63,799 nucleotides of DNA, filler included, from Reticulomyxa filosa (GCA_000512085.1; 14 parts of 14 records of this genome joined end to end with filler, not necessarily neighbours in it), one strand, 5' to 3'. Positions 24,551 through 36,959 are shown, numbered from the whole stretch's first letter. A program made the numbers and translations. Notes: generated by a model not told the origin, from the letters alone.

Positions 24551-26558
24551 TTTTCAAAATATTGAATTGCTTCTTCATTTGTTCCGTTCTTTTCTAATAT
24601 CAATCCCAACACATCATAGGATGCTGCAAGGTCTAAATCAAAGTTATTACTCTTATCATTCATCAAAATTTCCAAAGCTTTGTCAACATATTCTTTAGCT
24701 TTATTCATTTGTTGTTTTCCTTTTATCCACACAAACCCCAATTCATTCAATGATTGTGCAACAAGTGCATGTTTTTCACCAAATTTCTTTAATTGAATAT
24801 TCAATGCCTTCTCATGATATTCAATCGATGTTTCATATTCTCCTATTTCAAAATATGAACGTCCCAAACAATAGAACGATGTTGCAACATTTGTGTGATC
24901 TTCATCTAATTGTTCTGATGAAATTTTCAAGTGTTTTTTATAATATTCAATTGATTCAGCATATTCTCCTTTTTCAAGATGAATGTTTCCCAAGTGACAG
25001 TAACAAATGGCAATATTTATTTGATTTCCGTCGATGTTTTCAGAATAAATATTCAATGCTTTTTTGTGATATTCATATGATTTATCATATTCATCTTTCA
25101 AATAATAAACTCTTCCCAAATTATTGTATAAAGTGGCAACATTAATGTGATTATTACCTAATTTTTCCAATCGAATTTTCAACGCCTTTTGATAATATTC
25201 AAGTGCCTTGTCATATTCCCCTTTCTCGCCGTGAACAATTCCCAATTGATTGTATGAATTACCAACATCAATGTGATCTGAACCCAATTTATCTAATCTT
25301 ATTGTTAATGCTTTTTTATGATGTTCAATCGATTTGTCATATTCTCTTTTTTTTATATAAATAATTCCCAAATTATTGTATAAAATAGCAACATTAATGT
25401 GACCACTTCCTAATTTTTCAAATCGAATTTTCAACGCCTTTTGGTAATATTCAATTGCCTTGTCGTGTTCTTCTTTATTTACATAAGCAATTCCCAATTG
25501 ATGGTATGAATTACCAACATCAATGTGACCTGATCCCAATTTATCTAATCTTATTGTTAATGCTTTTTCATGATATTCAATTGATTTGTCATATTCTCTT
25601 TTCACATTATATACAACTCCTAACCAGAAAAAAGCGTTTGCGACTTTAATATCAGAATCATCTAGCGTTTGCAACCTGACACAAAGTGCAAAATGAATCA
25701 ATGAAATTGCTTCATCAAAATTTGATTTCTCATATGAATCAATTCCTGATTTAAAAATCTCGTCTGCATCAATGGGCCATGAGACAGTGAAAATAGGTTG
25801 CTTAAAATGATAATTAATAACAGATTTTTTGGTATGAATAAGATGTTGAGTAATGTGAAAATGACCAATTCCATCAATGATGCAATCAATAACATAAACA
25901 CATCCATCGATTGTAATATTATTAAATGTGATATTTTTTGAATGAAATGAATAAACAACATATGGTGAAATCACCTTTTTTTCTTTCATGTATTTATTTG
26001 AATTAATCATCATTGAAAAATCAATACCCTGAAAAAACCATCGATCATTTGACTTTGCAAATTCATCAAGATTGGTTGAGACAATCACAATTCCTTTTTG
26101 TTTTTTTTCAATCATTTGCTTGACTATTGTATGAGCTGTCTTGTTCGCTTCATTCCATGGTTTATTTTGATCCAATTCAATATTTTTAACATCTTGTTTT
26201 TCATCATTAGGATGTTTCATATCTTCATCATTGTTTTCTGATTATTTGCATTTCCAATCCATTTTTTTTAAAAAAAGAAAGTATATCTCCTTTTTTAAAA
26301 AAAAGAAACAAAACTGTGAATGAAATGAATAAAAAGGCGAACAGGGTTGGTATCGAATACAATTCGAAGTTTTTGATCATTGTCAATATTTTGGCCATTT
26401 ATGTCTGTGATTTTAAAATGGGGTGGATTTCTTGCTTTTAATTCGGCCCTGTTACTAATTAGCTCTTTTACCTTAGCTTCCAGACTTTTCAAGGACAAGG
26501 AGCTGAGTGTCACTTCAGAACTTTCAGCTTCGATGCAAACAGAGGCTTGAAAAGACAT
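24551..26558 (-). CDS. TPR-repeat protein (42-aa kinesin-light-chain-type TPRs) with N-terminal PB1-like beta-grasp module; exons 26558-26315 and 26237-<24551; 3'-truncated
   Basis: At least 9 repeats of the type EYDKAIEYYQKALKIRxxKLGxxHIxVAxxYNNLG. A phase-1 intron (CAC A|gttttg...aatcag|AA) joins ORF 26295-26558 in frame to ORF 24499-26220. Confidence 0.9.
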
Positions 26559-28430
26559 ACTTGTTCAAAGTCAGATGACTGCCGCAAAAAAAAAAACTCC
26601 AAAAATGCTTCCCTTTTCCCTTTTTTTTTTTAAAGTTTTTACGTTTGTGAAACCTGCTATTGTTGTTATGTTTGTCCTCAGTTCCATACATTTGACTTAC
26701 ATCAAATGCATCGAAGAAGACAAAAAAATTTTAAAGTAGCTATGCTTTTTACATTCTTATTTGAAAATTGAAAGTGTTGATTACAAAAGCAAATTATACT
26801 TTGTAATTTATCCGATTCATTCATTAAAAAAACACAAGTTTTAATTGTCAACAATTTCTATTGTCTTTTTTCCAAGGTGGTAACTGGTACAAAAAAACGC
26901 ATGTTTCGGCTTTGGTTGTCAAAAAATGTGGAAGAGATGCTTCACCATCCAGTGAATGGGAAGGAAGCAGTTGAAGATGGTGATTTTTATATCCAAAGTG
27001 GCATGTATGATGTGGATAAAAATTACGTGAGAACAACAGCGGTGTATGATGACCGAAAAACATTTGCATTGACTGTGAGAGAGCGATTTGTGGGCAGAGC
27101 TAGCGGTTTGACAAAATTGAGCACGACCTAGCCGTACGCTGCCGCGTTTGTCTTGTTGACTTCCTTGACTTTTGCCGTGGCCAAGTATTTGTTTACGTCT
27201 GATGCTGGTCCGAACATTATTGCCAATTAATAAAAATAGCATTTTTTTTTGCATTGCTACTTTTGGACGTGTCTGTTTTTTAAACATTAAAAAAAAAGGG
27301 GGGGGGTGGCAATGCAAATTGCACATTCAAAAAGAACCTTTTCCACAAACGTATACTAAAAATGTCACTAGCAAACAAGAGGGTGTGCATTGGGTTTTTG
27401 AATGGTTGAAAATTGAGATAGAATGTACAATGTGCAGAGCTATTGAATGCCATTGTTATGAATTGCATTTGTGGTGAATGTGCTTGTCGAACGGATACTG
27501 CGACAGTTGCTTGAGCGGTGACAACAACATCAGCAAATTGGCTCGGACGAACTCTTGGAGGTGGCTGTTTTGGCTCCATATGGCTCTATTTGCATTCAAA
27601 TAATGCAGCCAAATTACGTCGATAACTAATCGAAAATGTCCATGATCATAGTGCTTCTGAGCTGATAGTCAGCTTTCTGAAGAAAAAAATTTTGTTGATA
27701 CATTTGAATTTTTAACAAACTTGTTCACAAAATTCATGGCTTTCTTTTAAAATTGAGCGAAAGCAAATTCTCCTTCTGACACAATCAAAAATTACTTACT
27801 CTATGTTACAAGATTTTGTTCAAACAAAACTTCCTTTGCTGTCAATTTTTCTGACGCTCAAGAAAACTTTCAAAAAAATCCGGGTTATCTTTCAAAAGCT
27901 GTCACTGTCATTTTCAAACTAATAGTCCATCTATAATGCTTTTCTTGATAGCCACAATTGATCCTTGCTCATATTCCCTTCTCTTATTGTGTTTTGATTG
28001 ATGCATCATCTAAAATGATTCAATATTGGTTGTCTGTCTTTTTTTATATCTATCACTGCATTCTTCAAAAAGATTCAATGGCAGCAACAATATTTCAAGT
28101 TTTTAAATAATTTTCCGTGTTCTTTGAAACAAAAAAGAATTATATCATGAATTAATACAAAAACAATTTGCTCGATTATACAAAAAACACAACACTTCAA
28201 ATATCTGCAATTTATTTTGATATTTGAATACAATATTCGTTAATTTGCTTTTCAATTCTTAAAAAACATTTAGTGCAGTTTTTTCAATTTTTTTAAACGA
28301 CAAAGTAAAATAAAACAAATCCATCAATGCTTGCATTCAATCAAATCAAACGAGTTTAACATCACTTTATTTTTCTTTAATCAAGCTCTTCAAACAAAAA
28401 AATGCTTTCATTATTTCATAAAACAGCAAA

Positions 28431-28502
28431 TTATCCCCAAATACGAATGGGACCTTTGTATGAACCATAACACAAATTCAAATCATGTGCAATATTCTTT
28501 TT
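28431..28502 (-). CDS. 3' end of a WD40-family gene (contig-truncated) with conserved downstream flank
   Basis: KNIAHDLNLCYGSYKGPIRIWG*. Flank 28090-28430 resembles 20280-20600 and the reverse complement of 56030-56280. Confidence 0.75.
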   Translation of the reverse strand, partial: KKNIAHDLNLCYGSYKGPIRIWG

Positions 28503-28647
28503 NNNNNNNNNNNNNNNNNNNNNNNNNNNNNNNNNNNNNNNNNNNNTTAATTAATTAANNNNNNNNNNNNNNNNNNNNNNNNNNNNNNNNNNNNNNNNNN
28601 NNTTTTTTAAAAAAAAAATAATTTTGTTTTTTTTATTTTTTCAAAAG

Positions 28648-29607
28648 GAACTGGATTAGGAGAAAATTGGTTAACAAATTTAACATCTTCAATTCGATCA
28701 GGACTTCCATCATCGGATGGTTATATAATAACACATGCACCACAAGCTCCTTATTTTGCAAATAAAGCTAATTATGCCAAAGGTGCTTATTTAACAGTAC
28801 ATAAAAACGTTGGATCGTCAATTAATTGGTATAATCTTCAGTTTTATAACCAAGATTCATCTGCCTATTCTACCTATGCCACTTTGTTTCAAGCTGCTGA
28901 TGGTTGGTCTTCCAACACTTCGGTGTACCAAATGATTAATGGTTTTAATGCTCTCAAGTTTAGTAAGTCTTTGGAATTTTTTTTTTTTTTTTGTGATAAC
29001 AATGAATAAACTAATACATAAATGAATACGTATGTGTAACATATACATTTATTTATTTATTTGTTCATTCATTGTTATTATGACTTGATTTATTTGGCTC
29101 ATTTTATAATATTTTTTAAATAGCGTAAAAATTCCATCCGACATGATTGTGGTAGGGAAGCCTTGCACCGCGGGGGATGTTACTAACACAGGCTATGTCG
29201 CCCCAGCCACTTTGGCTTCAATCTTCTCCGAAGCTATTGCCAACACAAAAATCACTTGGAACGCGGGCTTTATGATTTGGCAATTTTCCAGTGATGTCAA
29301 ACTGAACTTTACTTTTGGTGATACTGTGTCAGCAAGCTTTTCTGGTGTCACTGTAACTTCTTCGCCCACACGTCCTCCGACAACACGTTCTCCATCCAAG
29401 GCCCCTGCGTCTCCTAGCTCGCCGTCAACCCCTTCTTTCTCTCCTACTCCTGCTCCGCTCTCCACCGCTAGTGAGCATACTACTGTTGTCGATACGTCTG
29501 ATGTCATGAGCCGATCTTGCTTGGGCCACTATTGTTTGCGCTTTTGCTCTCTCTTTTTTCTTTTTAATTTGCTTTGTAAATTAAATTTTTTTTTTTGGAA
29601 ACTATGA
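28648..29607 (+). CDS. GH18 chitinase, C-terminal part with Ser/Pro/Thr-rich stalk and hydrophobic tail; 5'-truncated; exons 28648-28957 and 29124-29607
   Basis: GENWLTNLT...YIITHAPQAPYF...INWYNLQFYNQ...IPSDMIVVGKP...NTGYV...WNAGFMIWQF are GH18 barrel strand motifs. A phase-2 intron gives an in-frame join. The catalytic DxDxE lies upstream and is not in this contig. Confidence 0.85.
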
Positions 29608-29688
29608 TCAAGTTTATTAATCTTGTAAATTCACTTTTTTTTTTCAGTTTCACTAATACTTGAGGGGAAGCAGGCTCATGTGTATACT

Positions 29689-29772
29689 CTTTCATTCCTT
29701 CCTTTCGTTCCTTCCTTCTCTCCCTTCCTTCCTTTTCTCCCTTCCTTCCTTTTCTCCCTTCCTTTCTTTTCC
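29689..29772. repeat. Polypyrimidine (CCTT)n-like microsatellite
   Basis: ctttcattccttcctttcgttccttccttctctcccttccttcc... downstream of the chitinase stop. Confidence 0.8.
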
Positions 29773-30749
29773 AACCTCGTGTCATTAACTCTTATACATT
29801 TCTTTCACATCAATAAATCTCATGAAAATTGAAATTTGCTTAAGTGGTAATCAAACCAGAGATTAACATATATCTTCAATCACTTACGTGAATAATATTT
29901 CTGAAAGAGATTTTTACATCCTTCTTTGTTTCAAAGACATAGCCAAGGACGACCGGACAGACGAATAGTAAAAGAAAAATAGCTAGTGCTTTGTTTCAAA
30001 GATGTATTGTCTATTTTGCATGAGTTTATGCACGAGATTTATGATAATCAATTTTAAAAAATTTTAAATTAAAATAAAAATGACGATGCAAAATTTGCAA
30101 AAAAAACAAACACATTAAATAATGTCATTGTCAGTCCTGGCCAAAAGCAAAAAGCTTTAAGAAATGATCATTCTTTCAACCAGACTTACACGAATTGGCT
30201 CAAATAGTTTTTTTTAATAAGTATATATTTTTAAAGTTTTTTTTAAAAAAAAGTATAAACTTAAATAAGTACATAAATACAAGACTTGTTCGCGCGCAAA
30301 TAACTATAATTTCATCTTCGAACACTATAAAAACTTTTTTAATAACGCACTAATACAAAACAGGACCTCGAAAACTCGAAGTGCTAAATATATAATATAT
30401 TTGCACTTGTGTAAAATATATTGCAGCTTGACTTAACTGCTCACACAATATTATACTAACACAGTATAATTATTATAATTGTACATTATATATTATATAT
30501 TCATTTTACCATATTGGTCAAATGACATTTAAGAAATCAGTCTAACTCAACAAAATTCACTTAGAGAACTTTTCTTTTGGATGTCGAGACCTTTCGTGCA
30601 CAAGTGAAACAAATTGTCGCACATTGAGTCAATGATTGTACAGAAATCATTTGAGCTTACGCAATGAAACTTCTTCAAAAATTGTAGAAAACATTCGTCA
30701 GTTAAACTTTATTTTTTTGTTTAAATAACAAGAAATATATAAATATATA

Positions 30750-31143
30750 CAGTAGAATGCAAAGTAAAGTTGAAACCTAAAATAGCACCTTATAGAAATT
30801 ATTGATTTTCTACATGAAAAACAACATTCAGACATAATTTTTTTTGAAAAATATCTACAAATGGTGTACTTTTTAAATAGCATTTTGGTTTTTTATTAAA
30901 TCTTTACTAATTTTTAAAAATTTGAATATTTTATTCATTTTTGAAAATTTTCGAGAAAAAGTTGACAATCTTGACTAAGTCGTAACAATGAAACTTGCCA
31001 ACTTTTTTTAAAGCATTTTCAGAAAGTTCTAAATGCGTAGATATTTGTAAAAAAAATTAGGTCTGATTATTGTTTTTTCATGTAGAAAATCAATAATCTA
31101 TATGGTGCCATTTTAGGTGTCAACTTTACTTTGCATTCTACTG
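30750..31143. mobile_element. MITE of Tc1/mariner/pogo type: ~110-bp imperfect TIRs starting CAGTAG, TA target-site duplication
   Basis: ta|CAGTAGAATGCAAAGTAAAGTTGAAACCTAAAATAGCACC... at 30750 mirrors ...GGTGCCATTTTAGGTGTCAACTTTACTTTGCATTCTACTG|ta ending at 31143. TA at 30748-30749 and 31144-31145; 394 bp, no coding capacity. Confidence 0.85.
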
Positions 31144-31539
31144 TATCATACATCTGGGACACTTTATTTATGTTTTTATTAAAAATTAAATACTTTTTGA
31201 TTTTCACTAGTAAAACTCCAAAAGTTTGTGACATTCTTTTTAGGCTTGGCATTTTCTAATTAATAATTTTGTTGAAACCTGCACCTATAATAAAGTAAGA
31301 ACATTGATTTAAATTAAATTTTTACCTTTCCAAAAAAATAATATTTTAATAATTATCTTTTATCTAGCATTGGAAAGATTTTGTCTTATTGCAGGAACAA
31401 GTGAAGAAGGCATTAATCAAGTTTCAAGTATAAAAAGATTGACTCCAATTTTGAGACGTATTTTGGATATCACCACTCTTTTATTTTTTTTTATAAAAAA
31501 AAATTTTACTGATGGCAGTGTGAATATCTTGATCACCGC

Positions 31540-32260
31540 AATTGGGTCGTCGATTGACATCATTGACACTTCATTGGTTCAATGTGGTGTCTTTGGCTTC
31601 TCGCATCGTCTTCATCAATTGATCCTTGTCACACGAAGACATTAGTTTCATCAACTCTCTTCGTCGAGATTGCTTAATTGGGCCATTGTCAACATGGACG
31701 TACCATAAGGTTCGAGATCCATGTCCAAATTCATCTTCGTGTCGATCGGTTTGAGCAAGTGTTCCAAACATCATAGCACTTCTTCAATTCAGGAACCAAT
31801 TGCGGAGTTTGTTGTTTATGAATATTCAATTTATCTTCCAATACATCAGTCAAAATATATTTAATTTGTTCAACATTTGTCATAATAATAAAAATTATAA
31901 AGATAAACAAAAACATATTTTCTACTAGAATGTTCCGGCATGCATTGGATAACGGCTTCAGTGAGTTCTGCATCTTCGATCGTCGGAAAGCTGTTTGGTA
32001 CTTGTGCAATCTTTGCCAATCTTTGGGACTACACACGATTTCGGTATCGTCATAATACTCTTGGATTCCTATTGTTTCGCAAAAGAACACCAAATAACAA
32101 TGGCAATGTCAACAATATCATTATACATAAAAATATAAATAAATAACAAACCAAAACTCTTGATTTGCAATAACGTGTTTTCGCTATTCAATATTTTGTA
32201 CATTCATACATTCTCGAATAGCTCCCGTAAGGCTTGTCTCTGGCAACATGTAAATCGATA
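31540..32260 (-). pseudogene. Unassigned coding-like remnant
   Basis: GC-richer overlapping ORFs 31731-32093 and 31571-31774 linked by a frameshift; no recognisable motif. Confidence 0.3.
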
Positions 32261-33121
32261 GAATCAAATATTGCTACATGTTATGCTATCATTTGAGCTT
32301 CATAAAAATTTTTTTATCACAAACACATAATACGAGGCAGACCTCGAATACTCGATGTGCCGAATATATAATATAAAATATATATCATTATGTAAATAAA
32401 GTGCTGCATGACTTAACTGTATTTATTTAACATAATGTATATAATTTTAATTAATTTATAAATTATATAGTACGGTATTTCCAGGTTTGTGTCATTTGTG
32501 CTGCAACTAATTCTTTTCCTTTTTTAGGGAGTCTTCCAATTGATCTTTCACCAAAAGTTCTTACAGTTTCAATACTAGTAAATTAAGTTGAAGTGATAAA
32601 AACACAAATTATAGATTTTTTGTTTTCTTTCCTTTTTGATTTTTTTTTTAGTTAGTTTCCGTTCACTAGTTTTCTGTTCTTTTTAATATGTAGTAGAAGG
32701 ACTTACAAAAATTTTAATATAACTTTTGTAAATTATTTATTTTTTTTAAAAAAATTTCATCAAATCAATAAAAGAGAACAAAAAATCTTTGTGACAGAAA
32801 TTATTGTGGCCAAATTTTGTAAGATGACGACTTGCTTGAAAATTAAACGAATAAAATGATGAATTTGTTGGATTGTTAATATCCAGTTCTTGTCAAAACA
32901 CGGCTTTTCAAAAGAAATAGGAGCTACTCCATTTAGTAAACTTCTTTCAGTTTATCCTCCTTTGCGTCATTCATGTTTACTTGACAAATGAGAGTAGGAT
33001 TAATGGAAGAAAAATAAGAGATAGAAGTTGAAAGGAAAAATAGAGGGAATTAATGCAATTGCAAACCCTGTATTTCTTTTCTTTTTTTAAAAAAAAGTAT
33101 TTTTTTTACAAAGCCTTTGTT

Positions 33122-34877
33122 TCAATTGATGTTTTCTTCAATTTCTTTTGCCTTATATGTGTACACTGGTAAATCATCTAATTCACTTTGTGAGGGAGCA
33201 GTTCCGAATGATGCATTAAAAACAGTATTGCATTCAGAAGAGACGTTGCCACACCCCCAAATATTTTTGTTAATATTAATAGTGTCTCCAGTTTGCGATT
33301 TAAAAACAATCAAACTCCCTTGTCCCAGAAAAACAAAATAATCGAAATTTTTGGCAACTTTGTAAGTTGCCTTTTGGCCAGGAGCAAGTATAATGTACCC
33401 ACCACGAACTTGTTGCTTTGTGTACATACATGTATATATGTACATATAAATATATGTACAAATATAAATGGATTAAAAAAAAAAAAAATCAAAAATGCAA
33501 AATACAAAAAAATAAGTAACTAATTTTGTTTGGATTTGCTCTAGACAAGTTTGTTGGAGTTGGAAACATTTGGAGTGTTCTTGCACAGTTTGATTGTATT
33601 TGTCCGTGGCAATATCGACGTAGTTTTTGGCCACACTGAGCTTGACTTTGAGCTCTTCCAAAGGCGAGAGTAGATGTTCACAAAGGAATTTGGGCATCTT
33701 TGCAACTTCGACGCTGATCAAGTGTTTCACCTTGGTTTTGTAATCCTCGAGATTGCTAAGAGCAACAACTGGCAATGGCGCCTGAGTGCTATCGCATTCA
33801 ATGCGACGACGAACGTCCTCCACAAACTCCCTTTGATAAGACTCCAAATTTTTGGTGTCCCGTCCCTCAAATCTGGTAAACACAATAATGACATGCTTCC
33901 AAATACCCACTCCAAACATTGCTTTCAGCTCTTGCAAAAACTTGTTGTAATTGTCGTCAATCCTCCGACGCTGATAATTTTTGACTAGGATAAAGGCATT
34001 GATAAATTGAATTCCTCGTAAATACGTCACTAAATTATTTGCATGCTGTCGATCCCGTCGATTGGAGTCAAATGTCCCTGGACAATCAATTACACTTATG
34101 GAGTGGTCATAGTCATAGAACGATCCTTTCGCAAGGTATCGCTTTGAAATGTCCTGCGTTTTGGAGTCCGTGCTGTCACTCACTTCAAATGGACCTTTGT
34201 TGCCTTCCGTCGATTCATCACCAAGGATTCGATTCCCCAGAGTTGATTTACCTTCACCTGTTGGACTGTACAATAGTATACGTATACTTTCCATATCTTT
34301 CAATTCTTCTTTAAATTTCGCGACATTTTGCTCTTTTTTTTTTATATTCCAAAAAAAAAAAAAAAAAAGTGCAAGATATTGATTTTTTATATTTTTTTAT
34401 TTTATTTTTTTTTTTTGGAGTGAGATTAAGGAATATTGTACCTTCAGCTTCTACTTGCTTTGCTAAGCTGTCATACTCTGATCGCCTCTGCTGGAACTCT
34501 TTTTCGTGATCGGACTTGGTCGTTTCACATCGCTTAGCCATTGTTGCTAAAACGCTATATTTTTCTTTCAATTGTTTGAGATTCATCGCCTTCAGTCTTA
34601 CATCGTAGTCTCTTTCCAATTGCTCTAATTCTCTTTTCTTTTTCTGCATATCTCTTTCCGCTTGCTCTTTTGCTTCCTTCATTCGCTTTTCACTCTCTTT
34701 TCTGAACTCTTTTAGTCGCTCTTGTCGGATCGCTTCTCGTGCTGCTTCTTGCTCTCTCATTACCGCTTCATGTCTCCTCATCTGATCTGAGAGTGACGAG
34801 GAGAGTTTATTCTGTTGCGCTTTCTCTTCTTGAATGCGTCGTTCCAAATCGCGAACTTGTTGTGAATGATTAGACAT
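33122..34877 (-). CDS. AIG1/GIMAP-like GTPase with N-terminal coiled coil and extra C-terminal domain; exons 34877-34442, ~34332-33521, ~33417-33122
   Basis: RILLYSPTGEGKSTLGNRILG (G1), SKTQ (G2), VIDCPGTFDS (G3), FGVGIWKHVIIVFTR (AIG1 conserved box/G4). Two GT-AG introns keep the frame. Confidence 0.88.
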
Positions 34878-35153
34878 TATTTATTTATTTTTATACAAGG
34901 GATACGATTTTTTTTTTACCCAAAAAAATGACTCTGATTTGAATAAAATTAAGATTTAGTAATAACTTGCAAATGAAACAAACAAAACGTGCGATTGGTA
35001 AAAAAAAGACATAAATTTTCTTTTTATTTGTCTAAAGAAAATAGTAATCGGATAACACTTTAACTGACTCTTAAAATTTTTTTTTTAAAAAGGGTGAATT
35101 CACTTCGTTTTCTTTCTTTGTTTTCAAGTTTTCGTTGTTTTGACAGCTCAGAA

Positions 35154-36570
35154 ATGAATAAAGCTTGGTTTTTGTTTGGCATTCTCCGTTGGTTTGGATT
35201 TGGTGCTCAGACGTCAACCGAAGGAAACAGAGTCCAGCAACGAAAAACAATGGATTAATAAAGCGGAAGAGGCAAGCATAAAAAGACGAAAGCAAATACA
35301 GGCAAATAAAACAGAATCGAAGGCCTTGCAAGAAAAGTACATCAACGAAATGCAAACGAAAAACAAGGACCAGTTGTCGATAGATCTCGGTCAATTTAAA
35401 AGTCAGGAGCCCGACTTACAAGATTTGTGCAAGACGCACTATTCTCGTTGGATCAAAATGAAAAAGAAAGGAAAAGCTCATCGATGAAATGCTCACAGAG
35501 TGTACGTATACTTTTTTTTTTAAAAAAAAAAAAGAGTGCATTTTTTTCAAATTTTTTGATTTGTTTCTGCAAAAAAAAAAAAAAAAAATAACGCCTACAG
35601 CACAAATCATATGTACTTTCGGTAAAGAGAGAAATTCGAATGCATTGAATATTGTACTGTATGGTGCAACGGGCGATGGTAAGTCACTCTTGGGTAACCG
35701 CATAGCTGGTGATAATTCAAAAGAGGGTTGCAATTGACCATTTAATCCAGGAGACACCAGCAAATCGGTGACATCAAAAATTGAAAAGTTTTTTATTCCC
35801 GAAGGCTTATACAAGTATCCAGTAAGTTTACTGGACCAGCCAGGAGTGTTTGAATCATCTGAAAGTGACGCTAAGAACTCCAAAAATTTGAGTAATTATT
35901 TGCGAGGAATTGGATATATCCACGCATTAGTTCTGGTCATAAGCTGTCAAAACCCTCGCATTGATAGCAAGTTCCAACAAATGATCAAGGATATACATGC
36001 AAATTTTGGAAAAAAAGTATGGGAAAATGTGATCATTGTGCTGACCAAAATTGATACATTATCTTCAAAAGATTTGCCCAAGCGTTGCACAAGTTTGCCT
36101 GATGAAATTCGCAAGATTTTGAAGTTGACCAAAGAAGAAGCTCCACTTCCTATTATTCCTCTTGACAACTTTGCGGAATATGAGCAACCGGTTCAAAGAT
36201 TAGTAAATGAAATTGTGCCTCCTTTGAAAAAAATTTCTTTTAAAGACTGTTACTCCCCTATTGAAGAGCTACAGGTCAGTGTGACTGCCTTATTTTTTTT
36301 TCTCCCTCTGTTTTTTCTTTTTGCAAAAAAAAAAAAAAAGAAACAAAACAAAACAAAACAAAAAATAGGAAAAGCTCATTAAAAAAATTGAAGAAGGAGA
36401 AGAAGCATACACCGATTATGAGAGGGAAAGACAAAAGTTAGATTGCTTGCGCTCAAAAATCGCAAAAATTCAGGAAACTAAGTTATTTGAGTTGTTTGGA
36501 AAAAAAAAAAAAAATATCGTGTATAAACTATCTGACAAATATGGGTCTATTTGTGTAAATAGAACTTCGA
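35154..36570 (+). pseudogene. Second AIG1/GIMAP-like GTPase, divergently oriented; probably pseudogenised
   Basis: NIVLYGATGDGKSLLGNRIAG, SVTS, LLDQPGVFES, FGKKVWENVIIVLTKID. In-frame TGA at 35735-35737 aligns with Gly in the paralogue (EGNKGPF vs EGCN*PF). The 5' exon also looks frameshifted. Confidence 0.8.
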
Positions 36571-36959
36571 AGCTGTAAACACTTTGATTGGTGCAATTAC
36601 GTTTTTAAAAATTGTTTTTTTTTCATAATGTACGTAAGTGTGATCGGTATGCTCGTTTGGAGTAAACAACGAGACTCCAGATCAAACCTTTTTTTTTGGC
36701 ATTTGTTGCAGTGAAAGTAATACTGTAGCATTTACGCAAACCTTAGGTTTTTCCTTGTAGCTTGTTTGCTTTCTCAATCCTAGAACAAAAAACTGAGTCT
36801 TCTTACGTACATAAAATTATGCAAGGATGCCAAAGTGCAGGTGTTTTGCTAATTGATACTTCGCAAAATGAAAACGTGACACAGATCAGAAAGGGAGGAA
36901 ATAAGGAAATACTAGACGACGAAATAAAATTGGGTCATTTTTGTTTTAAATCTATTACA

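Noticed and set aside
26877-27131. Small ORF divergent from the TPR gene
   Set aside because: No clear start, motif or consistent exon chain; cannot support a call.
35735-35737. In-frame TGA codons (also ~21371, ~19860, ~19953, ~62571) as stop-codon reassignment or selenocysteine
   Set aside because: They align to either Gly or Trp and occur in copies with other lesions. Intact genes use TGG for Trp and some end in TGA.
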